From Lingula anatina (Eukaryota; Animalia; Brachiopoda): a DNA stretch of 64,000 nt. Under the pieces are notes generated by a model, which worked only from the letters and a program-made list of their open reading frames with translations, did not search any database and was not told the DNA's origin. Below, piece after piece: positions 23,960-38,000 of this stretch; positions within the stretch are counted from its first letter, which is position 1; every line of letters begins with the position of its first letter. A program made the position numbers and the translations under genes. The DNA is taken from the NCBI GenBank assembly GCA_051362555.1, contig CM120643.1:27284848-27348847 (forward strand), written 5' to 3'.

Positions 23960-26900
23960 AGAGGAGGAGGGGCCGGGGATTATACAGAGGTATGCCGGTA
24001 GAGTAAGTTAAATTCCAACTATCTGTGGAACTCGAGGAGCACGTGATCTTCTAACTTAAAAACCTATAAGAACAAGTTAATGAGAGAAAAAAAAGCGGCA
24101 ACAATGGACGATGGCCAACGTAGCCCTAAGGTAATGACAACGTCAGAGACCGCGAATGACAATGAGGCTGTCAGGCGGATAGGTGAACAGATGACAGTCG
24201 GACTCATGGACTGACTGACTGACAGACAGACAGACAGACAGACGCAGAGACAAATATGCACGGATTTAAATTTCACAGATAACATTTGTTAGCCTTGGGA
24301 CGTCAATGGAGCCAGAAAGATACCTAAATTTCTCGTCACACAATATTTTAAAATAAGGTTATAATTTGCCGTTAAAATGATCAGCAAAAAAACAGAGGCT
24401 GGCGTCGAGGAATCTAGGATGCAGTATCCCCTAAGAGGCCTGATGATTTATTTAAAATGACTAAAGCAATCATAACACAATCTACTGTGACGCAGTATCT
24501 GGCAGCCAGCTGCAGCGTTCGTGGTGGAGCTGAGATAACGTAGACTATAATGGTTTGTTTCCACGGCTAAATGGCCAGACAGTTGCCTAAGTGATAGCTC
24601 TGTGCTTCCGAAATTTTCAGTTATTTCTGGCTTCCATTTCATCTCTCTGTTTAACAGCTAAATATAGACACAAAACGGCTCATAGATTGTCTGGATAACA
24701 GGATCGAGAGTAATAATATGCAATCCAATTGAATTAAATCAAATTCACACTGCATTAGATAAAATTAGATGAAATGGATGAAAATGAAATAAAATGGAAT
24801 ACCTAAAATGAAATGTAAAAGGTAGGCCTACAGAGAGAGAGAGAGACTGGAGAGGGGGAGAGAGGGAGATAAAAGACGAATAAGGGAATGGAGCAATAAA
24901 ATGATAATTAACATTGCTTAAAAATTGGAATGAAGTAATATAAAGCCAAATTTCATAATTGTTAACCTCACAAGGTCAAGGTCGCCTACGAAGATCTATC
25001 CCCTTTAACCAATACCCTGTCCGCATTACGACACCATCTAATTACATGTTCCAAGCACATTGATTGATTATTATGATAGGCATTATGGAATCCATTGCTG
25101 AGAACATAAATGTTGCCAAGAAAACAATCCCAAAATCAAATGTTGCTTTGCATGTATACCCGTTGCACGTTTAGAAAAAAGTCGATATCGAGCACTTGTA
25201 TTCTGGTTAGGAAAGAATTGGCTTCTGCAAAAAAAAGACTTGAATCCTGGGAATCATGGAAATCATGGGAATAAACGTATGATTAATACTGCTGCATGTA
25301 TCTACATGCATCACGTTTTAATTGCTACTGCCATATTTCGCAGTTCAAAGTTATTTTCTCTGCAGTAGTCAACATGTATCTTTGAATGAGACAATATTTT
25401 TAACGGCTATTTGTCAGTAACCCACCTGTTTTTATTATAAAAATTAAAAATTTGAAACTACAAACCGATGCATCTTCTGGTCCAATTGTACTCGTTAAAT
25501 ACCAGTCTCTGTAATAATAAAAAATTATCCAAGAGCATTGGAACATGACCCTCCCAGATTTTGCTTTCTTTTAATTGCTAAACTAATACATTGTACATTT
25601 TAACAAGGTCAAAAAGCTTAATGTTTTATTAATTATTTTTTAGAGAATTTTACAGTCGACCTTGACATTTGACCCCCAATAAGCTATCTGATATAAAATG
25701 TTCTGTCAACCTCATTGGCAAAAAAACCATATGGCCGACGTAGTGGGGTATATTAGATTTAAATACAAGTATATACATGTATATATTCGATATAAATGTT
25801 GCAAGAATTTTAATGTATTTTAATCACGATAACAGTAATATTGAATGTAAAGATATTTAAAAAGAAAATCACCAATGGATCAAACCAATCTATAATGGAA
25901 AAATCTGCCATTGTTAATCTCGACATTCACCTTACTGGGTCCCAGAATGACTATGATGAATGGATATATTCTAACATAATTGCCAGGGATGTCCGTTCTA
26001 ATGATTGAGCAGGAGCTCTTGAACCATCTACTTCAACCTCGTATGTAACAAAACGACGCCATGGTATTTCACGGCAGCTGCTTTCCACCCTGTGTTTTGA
26101 ATATAACAGGAAATTAACGTCACCTTATTAACATTATGTCTCCCTTGTTGCCAGTATCACCCTTAGATTCAGGTATTACTAGAAACTAACCGCTTTTTTA
26201 TCAGTTGCTCGTTTTTACTGGAAATGACCAAGGCATATTGATAAAAAAGGTGTTTCTGAAACTCAGGGTGCATCTTAAGGGCAAAACCAATAATATGTTG
26301 CTTACCAAACTGCTCATCAAATAACTTATTGAGTATTTTGTTGATTGGATGTGACAGTTGATAAGAGAGAGATAAAATTGATTCTCTTCTAAAGACGTGT
26401 TCACATAGAGAACGCTTTGTCTTGTCGGGGCCGGTCTCAAGAATGTCGGTTTTTGCTTTTAGATTAAAGTTTTAGTCAACTTTAAACCGGGATGAATAAT
26501 AAGAATATTCCAGTCGTTTTTATAGAAAAGACCAAATGTTTAATATCAAATGTTGAATAAAAGCAGCCCCTTATGTTCGGCCTCCAAGTTTAGACCAGTT
26601 TTTTTTATCTTTCGTTCTTATTTAAAAAACAGTCCATGCAGTGACTTCACCCAGACTCAGAAATAACAGAACAGCAGCTCTGTAGCTTTAATCTGCTAGA
26701 ATTTAAACAAAGCGCTCATGCCGAGTAACACCAATTTTAACGGCGATACAGTAGTTACTCCAAACACCATAATTTGCTTTACTTGGACGCATATCTCTGT
26801 ACAACAAAAAACATTTGCGTATTATTGCAGTGATTTTTCGTGAGCAGGAAATTGTCTTGATGACTCTAATGATAGGGTATATATATCATTTGATTTATAG

Positions 26901-28693
26901 GAAATTGGCGTGGGTGCATTGTCGGTAATGAGAATAGATTCGTGTTGCTGTGACAGTATTTATAGACAGTACCTTGCTCTGAGGGGACGTTAGCAATATT
27001 GCCAGAAGATTCAAAGAGTAAACCTGATTATTATTATTATTATTATTAGAATTATTATCCTCTGCATCGTATCTCATTAATTTGTTTTCATTCATTTATT
27101 TCTTTATTTAATTATTAAATGATAATCATTTAGCATTCGTTAACCACGTAAAAATCTCTGACGCCTGGTTCTAGTGATAAAGGGGTGCCAGTACACGTGG
27201 TAAGGAGTGACACTACCTGTTGGTGGAGACGTAGCATGGAACCGAAAAAAGACGTTTGTGTTCAACAATTTCAATGTTTTGCCAATGTTAACTTATGAGC
27301 GCTCTTTTGAAGGAATTTTGTGCTTTCATTGACACTAAAACATCGTTATAGACGTAATTCGTGCAAAAGTATTTGCTTAATTCATCTTAAAAGGTGGTTT
27401 AGAGTACAGGTATTTTTATCTACTTGTTATGGTTTTTTATTTCCCACCTTTGAGCATCTGTCAATTTATAACTGATAAAGAAGACAAAGCAAAGGTTTTT
27501 TATGATTTCGTCATACACCAACGAGTGGGTGTACATTATAGTCCATAAGATCTGGTCGATAAACTCGCTTAGAAATGAACATGCTATACTATTTTTGCGA
27601 GTGTAAGAATTTTGGAGTGTTATAAATCCCAAATGTCCCAAAGTAATTACTTTTAGGTCCTCTAACTTCAGATCCCTTGCCAATGTGCCATGATTTGAAC
27701 ATTTAAACTGGAACTTTATTTTTATCAATGTAGGGAGTTGGCCAGCCGATAGGAGCAGTCAAATTGATACCTAATCTCTTGTGACCTTGACCCTTATCAT
27801 CACAGGAAATGTAGAGGAGCACGTTAATACTGCTAAATAACCAAGACAGTGCCTACAAGAACGTCAATGTCAAATTAGTCTTATTACCGGCAATATAGTT
27901 TTTCCCTTTGGTTAAAAGGTATAAATTGTTCCGAAACGGCAAAGAGCTTTGCTTTTTACTGGCGGCTTATAAAAGATTTGGCACATTTAGTGTGGTAAGC
28001 GATCTTCAATATTTCTTAATTTATACTTCATTTAGCAAAAAAGTTACACTCGCGAAAAAGGAACGGTTTGTTACGATATCGAGGGACACCCTATACACTA
28101 TTGGGTAATTCTTCTGGCTATGTACAGTCTGTTGCGTTGGCACATGTACTAATGACAGGAAACATACACCTTCTAATTCCTGAGGGAGACGCCGATTGAC
28201 GACTGACACGCGCAACTGTAGCGGTGTCATGCAGCGTTTCATTCTCTGTGAGAAAATTAGACTCATCGCTGCCAGCATTCTGTAGGTTTTGGACTACTTG
28301 GTAACGACATTATACATTTATGATTTCAAGATTATAAGGCATCCTGACGCTTTTTTCTAAGAGCACTTTAAACACTTAGAACTGATGAATAAATCGATGA
28401 TACAAATTACATACGACAGCAAGTGTCACACTGCGTGTAGATGGCACTTGACGCCGTCGCCGCAAAATCTTTTCTTGGTTTTGCCGATAAGTTGCTTCCT
28501 GGAGTAGGATTTAAACGAGTGCCTTGAACCAATAGCTCCATCAAAAATAGCACTGCTTCAGCACAGTATTCTCATTATGTTTCTCAAAGTGTCATTGGAA
28601 GTGGGAAGTTTGTTCTTATTATCCCTATTTTTTCTGTATAAATTTTTCTGTTTTTGTTTGTTTTTTATTTACTGGCCTATCTATCTGCTCCTA

Positions 28694-29304
28694 TTAAAGA
28701 TACTGTAAGCGCTTACAAAAAACTCCTTATTTACTACCTTACATACATTCCTTTGGATAACAGATAACTCTTAAGTGCTCAGTGACTAAATCTATTTACT
28801 TAAACACACGTCATCTTACAGGTGACGTCATAATTGTAATTTTAAGGCAAAAAAGGAAAAATCGGTTTCTCAAATTTCTCCGTTTCTCCTTCGTTATTGT
28901 TGTAACAAAAAATTCCTTTGTTTAATGAAAATATGTACTTAGGGGCTCAAAACTCCATGATAAAATCATTTAAACTAAAATGACGGCGCAGGTTTGAAGG
29001 CCGTACACTTGTAGTCCACTATGCCAATTATCGTGATAAAATCTTGTTCAGGAGTGAAATTACGCCACATATATCGATTGCTATCTCACATCAAAATATA
29101 AAGGTGTTAAATTGACAATAAAGGATTTGGGTTGCCTATGCTTGTACATAGATACAAGAAATATAAACACTGATATAATATATTTTCGAGGGAACTTTTA
29201 TTGTTTTAAATCACCACAAAGGTAGATGCATTAGTGAATGTTAAAATGCAGAAGAAACCTCATTTTTGGTATCTGGATAATAATTAATTTTTACAGTACC
29301 TTAA
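28694..29304. mobile_element. Kolobok-like non-autonomous element
   Basis: TTAAAGATACTGTAA ... TTACAGTACCTTAA: short imperfect TIRs bounded by TTAA. Confidence 0.45.
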
Positions 29305-30151
29305 AATACCACAGTACTTTTATTCAAATCTTACTTTGCGCACAAAAAATTTACAAGTCATAGAAGTTTCACCAAGTGCCGACGCCATTTTCAGTGAATT
29401 CGTACTCCGTGCGGTTGAAATATGCATTGCATGCGCCATTAAAAAGCGGATTTTCCAGTTACTTCGGTTTTTGCATCCAGCTTTTTCCAATCCGCAATTG
29501 CTATCTTCAATACAGATGTTTCTAAGTAGATACCCTTGTTACGCGATGGTCAGGTGATTGATTATAATTACTTTATACTTAGAAAAACGGAAAAATTTGC
29601 GAGACTTGAAATCTTCAGGGATTTTCTCCAGCGTGACTGCCTTAATACATGAATATTTGTAGGTTTTCAAAGGATTTATCAATCGTCCTAGCATAGATAG
29701 ATTTATAAAGACGAACACTACTACTGTAAGTTGAAGCAACTGTTAGCAGTGATCTATAAACTCCAATACATGAATACAGTTGTATATTCTCTGCACGAAA
29801 ATGTCATACCCAACATGCATGCGTATGCTAAAATACTGTCAAAGAAAATAAGTGTTCTGGTACTCTAATAACAATTATTATTAATATTATTATTATTATT
29901 GCTGTTGTTGTTGTTCTTCTTCTTATTGTTATTATTATAAGTCTAAAATTGTTTCTGCGGCGTATGAAACTTAATTATGTCATCAATACGGGATCAAGGT
30001 ATACAATCTCTGGTGACTTTGCACCGCTCTCCGTGCATGAACACTTATATATGCAGTTATGGTAAAGCAGTGTTTAATTACATTTAATTATAGTATACTA
30101 CAATTAATAAATAACATGATATTTACACAGCTAAACGTATTCTCTTCATGT

Positions 30152-30374
30152 ACAACGTGAGACTCTTATTTTGGAACATTATTTCTGCTCAGATTTCAAT
30201 ATCAGTATACCTGTGACAAATGAAGATATGGAGCATAATTAGATGAATGGCTTCCCTACATAAGTCGATTTCCATCATCCGTTGAAGAGACACAAAGCTG
30301 ATTTCAAAGCCGGGATGAACAACGTGAGACTCTTATTTTGGAACATTATTTCTGCTCAGATTTCAATATCAGTA
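30152..30374. repeat. 56-bp direct duplication flanking a ~112-bp copy of 31779-31891
   Basis: 30152-30207 equals 30319-30374; 30206-30318 matches 31779-31891 with about 3 mismatches. Confidence 0.9.
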
Positions 30375-30655
30375 CTTAACGTACACAATAACGGTGACAA
30401 TCATATTTTGATACATCTTATTGTTAGTGTCGTAACTGGCAAGTACGTACTTCTTGCAAGTAAGTGTCGTCACTACTGTTCACCAACACGAAGAATCATA
30501 TAACGACTTCTTTCCGCCCACTTGTTTTGTGGAAATAACTTTCATAATGAAATTGTGAAATGCTCTTTTTATGGGGATGTGTTAAAAAAAACAACGAAAT
30601 TAGATGTCTTATTTTAGGTGGTTTTATATATATATATATATATATATATAACCAC

Positions 30656-30691
<36 letters not shown>

Positions 30692-33600
30692 CTGGCACCC
30701 TGTGACGGTGATGAGAGAAGGATGTGATATTCGAAATGTTAATGACGCACGGAATACCAATTAAATCAAAGGTGAACATTTTCCCGTGCAAAATGTGTGT
30801 TGGTCTGCAGAATTTATTAAAGTTTACAGGGGTAAGACGGGGATTCTGGGACTCTAATTGCCGACCTAAATGTGAGTCTAAAATCCTGCAAAGTTAAGGT
30901 GAGACAGACAACAATATTTGTACCATTAATAAAAAAAAACACAGAGGAAGAAAGTAGGAACGTTATCGAACTGCTGTTGCTTAACAAAAAGTGGGCACCC
31001 GCCTTCTCACCATTGTTCCGGCAATTTATAAAGCGTCCTTGCGTGATGGCTCAATATCCTTGTGAAATGAATCGAGACCTTGATTGACTGGCATCACGCT
31101 AAACGGATTTCAACTGAAGATATTTATCAGTCTTCATCCTGTGGAGTGTTCAAACAATAAGCACATGCATGCCCATGTGCTTAGTTTCCGAGCATCTTCA
31201 CTGATTTTAGGATGTCTGTTTCACTTGCCTTAGTGCAATTTCAGAGTCAGCAAATTTGGGACTTGATTCAAAGCGACATGTCCCAAGCGCCCCCACAGCA
31301 ACGAGATGCCACTTAAAAACATATTGGTCCCCTTCTTTCGCAACACATTAACACAGCATGTATTACATCGGGCTTTTAATCGCTTGGGGAACGACATGTT
31401 GACCCACTCTCAGAAATATGGAACAAATTATAGAAATAGGCTGCAACATTTAAAGTGTTTTAACACGCATGTGTGAACATATTTATCACTGTCATGATCA
31501 AATATTGTTAAAAGCCCCAACTTTAAAGGGGGGGTGACAGTGGGCCACACTTCGGTCTTGCAAGCCGTCTCAAGTTAGGCGTAACAGGTGCTTATAATTT
31601 TACCAGGTATCCTTCTGTATTCTAGGTAATGTTGAGCAGACATTGATTCCTCTATCCCACCTGCGCAAGGACATTAAACCGACAGCTTTAATGTATATGA
31701 AATGATTACTGAATCTGCCGGTCTTCTTTAAATAATAACGCTGTATGGTACTGACGTTAGTAACGGATGTTTAAATAATATACCTGTGATAAATGAAGGT
31801 ATGGAGCATAATTAGACGAATGGCTTCCCTACATAAGTCGATTTCCATCATCCGTTGAAGAGACACAAAGCTGATTTCAAAGCCGGGATGACATGTAAGA
31901 ATGACAAGTCACGAAGACGGATCGATGACAGTGTAATGCCTGAAGACGAATGCATGTACCAGCTATCTAAATCGCTTAGCGAAAATCGCTTAGTGAAACT
32001 ATGAATTTCATCTCAATAATTTATATGCAAGTATCATCCTGCGGCATTACGGGTCCATACCGGTCAAGGTTTGCAGTATCAAATCACTAAATCACTGCCC
32101 CGATCACGACAATATTTAAAGCCCCAAAGGCATCGCGACGGCGTTTTAATCCGTCACGCTTAACCGAGCAACATTTATTTTCTAGGCCTATTGTTATCTT
32201 TCAATATTACGCCTATTGGCCCTTGTCGTAAATGTACAATTAGAGATAAAAATCAATCATTGCGTAACTAAATATCATAAGCACATTAAGGATACCGCCA
32301 TGCTTTAATGCTTTGAGACTGAACTTCGTCAGAGTCATTCATTTTGTCAAACCTGTTGGGGAAGGGATCCTAAATTACATTAGGCCGAGATTCTCTGATT
32401 GTTACGTTACCAGTCTGTCGTATTACAAGCAACCATGGTTTCCCTCTAGGATATTGCTATGTTATTCACTGCCATTTATGTTGTTTGTCAGGACCTCGCG
32501 ATCTCGGCCATGGCTTCACGCCCTTCCATGACGCCAGCAGAAGAGAGAGAAAAGTGGACTTCTATAAATAGCTGACTGCTTCATGGTCTGTGTTATTGTG
32601 TGAGCTGGGCGAACCATCGGAATTAATACTTCTACATCATGCACGCTGGCGTTGATTCGTGTATTTGATGTCATTGACGGAATTGCTGTTGCAGAAGATT
32701 GGAAACAACCGGTTGTCCCTGCGGCAGTCTGCGACCTGTAGAGAACGGTCTTACTTCACTGGGTTCACTTATTAAGCCGGCAGTTGAAAACTCATATGGT
32801 CATTTTCATTGGAATTGTCGCACAGCTGGTATGTTAGATGTAGATCAAGGTAATATTCAGACTGGTCATGTTTCCCTCACTCGTGATTTAACGCTTTGTT
32901 AAAAGGACAGATACTCGACAAGATCGCCAGTATTATTCCCACTGCTACTCGGGGTTACAAATACACTTTAAGAGGTCAGAAATCGGAGAACTTCAACTGT
33001 TTACTGCAATAAACAGCCCAGTAAAAAAGAAAACGAGATCCATCGGGACAGCATACGGTAAAGTAATTTGGTCTTGAGGAAGAAAATGAATGAACCGCGT
33101 AGAAAAAACAACGTCGACGGCTTAATTAAAAACAGGCCTATGATTTGAGAAAGCGTTCCTGGTGGGAGTGGTGTTAGACTAAATGACCTGGGAAAACGAA
33201 CCAGTATGTTGGAATATAATAACTGTTCGGACAGGTAATCTTCATATAGGCGCCCGCACTATCGTCTCTGTAACCACGGACGCACGTCTACTGTGACGTA
33301 ACAAATATATAGTCACTAACGCTGGAACTGAAATGCACATACTCGAGGTCTACCCGGGGTGCTATCACGTCCAACAAAAGTGAACAGGAGTATTTTCGTG
33401 GGTTGATGCACGAAACACATGTTTGAAAGTCTGAATCAGGAAGGGAAGCAATTAATGCACCATACCACGCAAGACTGTTATATTTATCTTCAGTGTGTAC
33501 CGCCGCTGACGGTGTAGAGTAAGGTGGAAGAGAAATCGAATTAAGATAAGTAAACGGTACATTTTTTTAGATTTCACAACGCTTTGATCGCTGATTTATT

Positions 33601-33832
33601 CTTGTTACAGCTTTATTAATTATATGAGAGGAGAAACATGAGAAGATTCAGACCTGTACAGTCTCCGCGCCATTAGAGATAATTCACCTTAAAATGACTG
33701 AGAGCTCATCTTGCACTGTTGCTGTGAAGTTTCAGTCAGCGACACGCGTGGAGGGAAATAATGAATGACAGCTGATTGGTCAGTTTCTGCACTATCTAAT
33801 GAAACCTTCCCACCAATCAAATTTGGCTGAAT

Positions 33833-35008
33833 ATGGCTCTACTGGATTTAAACTCCAACTCGTCTGTAAACATCAGTATTGGAATGAATGTTACGCTAGA
33901 ATTCCCGGACAGGAACTCAGTAGACGACAGCGAGGCCCTGGCCGTGGCTGCTGTCCTATTCCCGGTGCTAATGGGGATAGTGTTGACGGTGGGGATTCTC
34001 CTGAACGCGCTCGTGGTGTGCGTTACGTTGTCCACAAACGCTATTATGACGTGTGCCAGTTCTTTATTCCTGAACTTGGCCGTCAGTGATTTGGTGTTTC
34101 TCGTCTTCTGCCTGCCGATTCAGTGCGCTTATTTCGCCTCTCAGCTGAATCTTCATCTGGGCCGGATGACGTGCAAGTTGCTGTACTTTATTCAGTACAC
34201 CACGCTGGGGGCGAGCATTTACACCATGACTGTGATATCAGTGTTTAGACTCTTTGCGGTGGTGTTGCCACTGAAGTCATTCGGCAGACTAACGTGCCGC
34301 CATGCCGTCGTGTCCAGCCTGGTTGTGTGGATCTTTGTCTCGCTGGTAAACATTCCAATTCTTATATACTACGATGAGCCCGACCAGAAACCCGGGATCC
34401 ACATCTGCACCTTGCACATGTCCACGATGCTACCGTTCTACCTGAACGTTTTCATCATGACGGGAATGGATTTCTTTCTCCCGCTGGTTGTGACTGGGTT
34501 TGCGTCTCTTTATCTCCTCTGGGAGCTCTGTAAATCGCCGATATTGCAGCCGCGGAGGTACTCCATCAACTCCACCAAGGCCTGCGACACGTGCATACAC
34601 ACCCGGAACAAACAACTGGTGGTTCTTATTGGAGCCGTGGATTTATCTTTTCTAATATGCTGGGGGCCGGCGCAGATTCTTTTCATTATGATTGCCGCGG
34701 GTTACCAAATCCCTCGAATCCTCGACCAGGCTATTCTGGCAGTAATTGTCTATTCTCTGGCCTTCGGACACTCGTGCGTGAACCCGATTTTGTACAATTT
34801 TGCTTCTCGCGGGTTTCGCAGAGCAACAAGAAAGTTTTTGGTGCGTTGGATTCGCAAACTGAAGTGTGTGAAGAGAACGGACAATGCCAGGGAGAGTGGC
34901 ACGGGACACCACGGGATTTTCAAAGGAAATCGGCCCAATGACAGATCAAAGTCACAAAGCAAATGCCAGCACCATCACATCGCCTACGTGTACGAAACGG
35001 CAGTTTAA
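33833..35008 (+). CDS. Class A (rhodopsin-like) GPCR, peptide-receptor type (galanin/allatostatin-A receptor-like), 391 aa, single coding exon
   Basis: Seven hydrophobic segments; N-terminal sequons (NSS, NIS, NVT); TM1 LLNALV, TM2 NLAVSDL, TM3 Cys (MTCK), ISVFRLFAV at the DRY position, TM4 W, ECL2 Cys (HICT), TM5 FFLP, TM6 FLICWGP, TM7 SCVNPILY, helix 8 FRR. The subfamily is inferred. Confidence 0.9.
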   Translation: MALLDLNSNSSVNISIGMNVTLEFPDRNSVDDSEALAVAAVLFPVLMGIVLTVGILLNALVVCVTLSTNAIMTCASSLFLNLAVSDLVFLVFCLPIQCAYFASQLNLHLGRMTCKLLYFIQYTTLGASIYTMTVISVFRLFAVVLPLKSFGRLTCRHAVVSSLVVWIFVSLVNIPILIYYDEPDQKPGIHICTLHMSTMLPFYLNVFIMTGMDFFLPLVVTGFASLYLLWELCKSPILQPRRYSINSTKACDTCIHTRNKQLVVLIGAVDLSFLICWGPAQILFIMIAAGYQIPRILDQAILAVIVYSLAFGHSCVNPILYNFASRGFRRATRKFLVRWIRKLKCVKRTDNARESGTGHHGIFKGNRPNDRSKSQSKCQHHHIAYVYETAV

Positions 35009-38000
35009 GATTTTTTTGGAAATATTATTTCATTGGAAAGTTTGACTTGTTTCGACCAGGAATACACGCTGTACATTAATATGTACTAGTTAATTGGCAA
35101 TACCGTATGGTTTTAAGATACAATGCACAGAATTGAAATATCGTAACTTTTAATTTCTGAGTATGTACTTTTAGATACAAAGGCAAGCTATAATTCTTCT
35201 TATGTACTGACATTTCTACAAGATTTTAAAATGAATACAGTGATTTCAAGTAAAAGTTCTGCATTAAGGCTTAAGTGCTTGAGTTAAAAAGAAAACTTGT
35301 TGCCTTTCTACTGTTCACACAGTCAATGGCGGGGGCAGTGGGGTGCAGAAGGTATGTGTACCTCCCATATCCTCTGAGCCACAAACTTCTTTTTATGGCC
35401 ACCAAAAACCGATATTACGGCACAAGACCAAAATAAGTATATACTTCACCACCCGGTGTCCTACTGGTTAAAGTACATGTTACACATGTGTTCTCGTATA
35501 TCGTTGTATACTACCAAGTGCAATGAGGCAAACGTTTTATATAATCCCCCCCCCCCCCCCCCTCTCTGCAGCCAAACGGTTGAACCCCCCAGTGTATGGA
35601 ACACGTCAAATCAAACGGTATTTTATGTTGTGTAAACATCGTAATTCGCGGTCTCACGGGGATGCTGTATACGGAGTCAGGACACGGGATGTTGTTTATA
35701 CCGAATAAAAGTGAATCATCGGTTTACAAAACGCGTCAGGATAAATTGCTCATCGTTATTGTTATTTATTTCGGCATTGATATTTTATTTTTCATTTCCC
35801 CGTGTAATTGGTGCCAATAATTGTCAAATAATAACTGTCTTTGTTACACTACAATTGTAATTCCGACAAGGCTAGAGTTTACACTATATTTGTCATGGTC
35901 TTTGTATCATTATGGTTTAATATTCTTTTTTGATAAGAAGGTAATGATTTTGCATGATGATGACTTCACGGAGTGTAAGTAAGCGGCATTTCTCGAGCCT
36001 AGGACCCACTGCCAGGTTCTAGTTGGAGCCAAAATATGCTGTACCTTTGTTTTGGCAATTGCTTGTCTTATCGTCGAGTAACACAATGAGAGGGAAATGT
36101 CTGCGTAGATCATGTAGAAACCATTCTTATTGTTCTCCTTAGAGAGCACGATGGCTTGTTAACCAATATTCTGAAAAAAAAACGCGCTGTATAATTATAA
36201 AAAGCCACCAAACGAAGATCTTTTTCTCTCAGGGGGATCATTGCCGCGATCCCCACCATTATTGCATGCGTGTTTAAAAGCCAGTGGCACAGTTCTGTAT
36301 ACTTGTAATAGGCAAAGCACGACTAACAGATCAATGGTTGAAATTACAAACCTGAACATTTCTGACAAATGTTAATTGCGTTGGTAAAAATCCGAGCATG
36401 CAAGCGTCTACTTCATTTTAGTAGCATTGCGTGACTGCCTTAGTGGTTTGTGGCGAATCTGTTAAAAATAAAGCACATGCTAAACACATTAAATGGGATT
36501 ATTGTTTTATTCATACATACACATTTTGATGTGGCAGTTTTAAGACCGAATATTTCAGACTCTCCCTTTCCCTCTCTCTCTCTCTCTCATGCAATATCGG
36601 TACAAAGATTTAGAATACTCTACTTGTTTAGGACTTTTCTTTCGACTTCTTCTAAATAACATTTCTTCATTAACCCTCTTATAACTGTCTCTCGTTGCCA
36701 CGATAACTTCAGATCACTACAACTTGAAGAGCCGAGGAGGAAAGTGCAATTAAGGTGTTATTAGTTGAATAATGGAGGTTCAAGGTCAAGGTCAACACCA
36801 TGAGGACATTACATCTAGATTAAATTTCCAGCTTGGTAAATGTGTTAACGAAACGTTTTTCCCAAAGAAGATAAAAGTTGAAATTATCGAATCAGATTAC
36901 GCAATTGAGATAAAAAGCAATTTTATGCCACCGAAGCAAAAACAAGGTAAAATATGGGGTAAAACTGCAAGCTAATTATATTCCTGTAAGAACATTTCTC
37001 TGGCTTTTAAAATTAATTGGAACAAAGTAACTTAGACTAAACGACATTGTTGTTGAGATATGGTGAAAAGCACGCGTGTTGCATGTGTTGTTTACGTACT
37101 ATTATGTCACTGTTACGGTGACGGTAAATGCAGAATAGTTTTAAGAAGAAACAGCAATGATACCCAAGTGAATAACCTACCACAGAGGTGTTTTTCTGCC
37201 AACTTTGTTTCTAGTTCTTTGACGGTTTTAGATTGCTTCTGCTTGACCTTATCAGAATACGTCACCGTCAGTAGTCTCATGTATTCCGTTGATGGAAATA
37301 TTATCCTGTTAAAAGGCTTCCGTTCCCACAGTGCGTCTAATTTAACAATGGTTATCGTCCTCACGCGATGCCCTAATTCCAGTCTTCCCATAATAACATT
37401 ACCGTTTCTATACATTCGCCTAGAGTATAGTTATTACCTTCAAATGTTTTTTATTGAGACAGACCGGATTTTCTTAATGCGTTTGTCCACTCCTTCAGAG
37501 AAATGATTGCTTTTCCTTTTCTATTTCTTTTTAATAAATGTATGATGTAGCAATTAGTGCATTTTAGTAAAACAACGAATGAAGGAACCAATGAGGGAAA
37601 ATATCATGGAAGAAACACTTACGAAACAAAAAACGAAAACGAATTAATCTGCGGTTAGTGTGGTATCGTTCAAAGAAACCCATTGACTTTGCGGGGTGGA
37701 GGGGGGTGTGTAAAACACATCACGTGTGCTAAGTTTCACTGGCATCACGTATTTCTCACTCGGAATATAAGATATTCCTGGAAACTAAGCCTCTATTATC
37801 AGTATGTCCCTGGCGTCTCTACACAGTAATGTAACTGCCAAGGACAGGTTGCCAGAAGTATCTGAGACCCGGGGTGTTGTTCTCCCCCCCCCCCCCCCCA
37901 TCCCCCTTGCTGCTCACCTCTTTACGTCACAGGGTCACCCTTAATTCCCGCTGGTGCAGTTATCTATGGTAGCATATGTGGAATGGAGGGGGCAGGACCA

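Noticed and set aside
37060-37506. 148-aa ORF with a signal-peptide-like start
   Set aside because: AT-rich, no domain motifs or clear splice context; likely a chance ORF.
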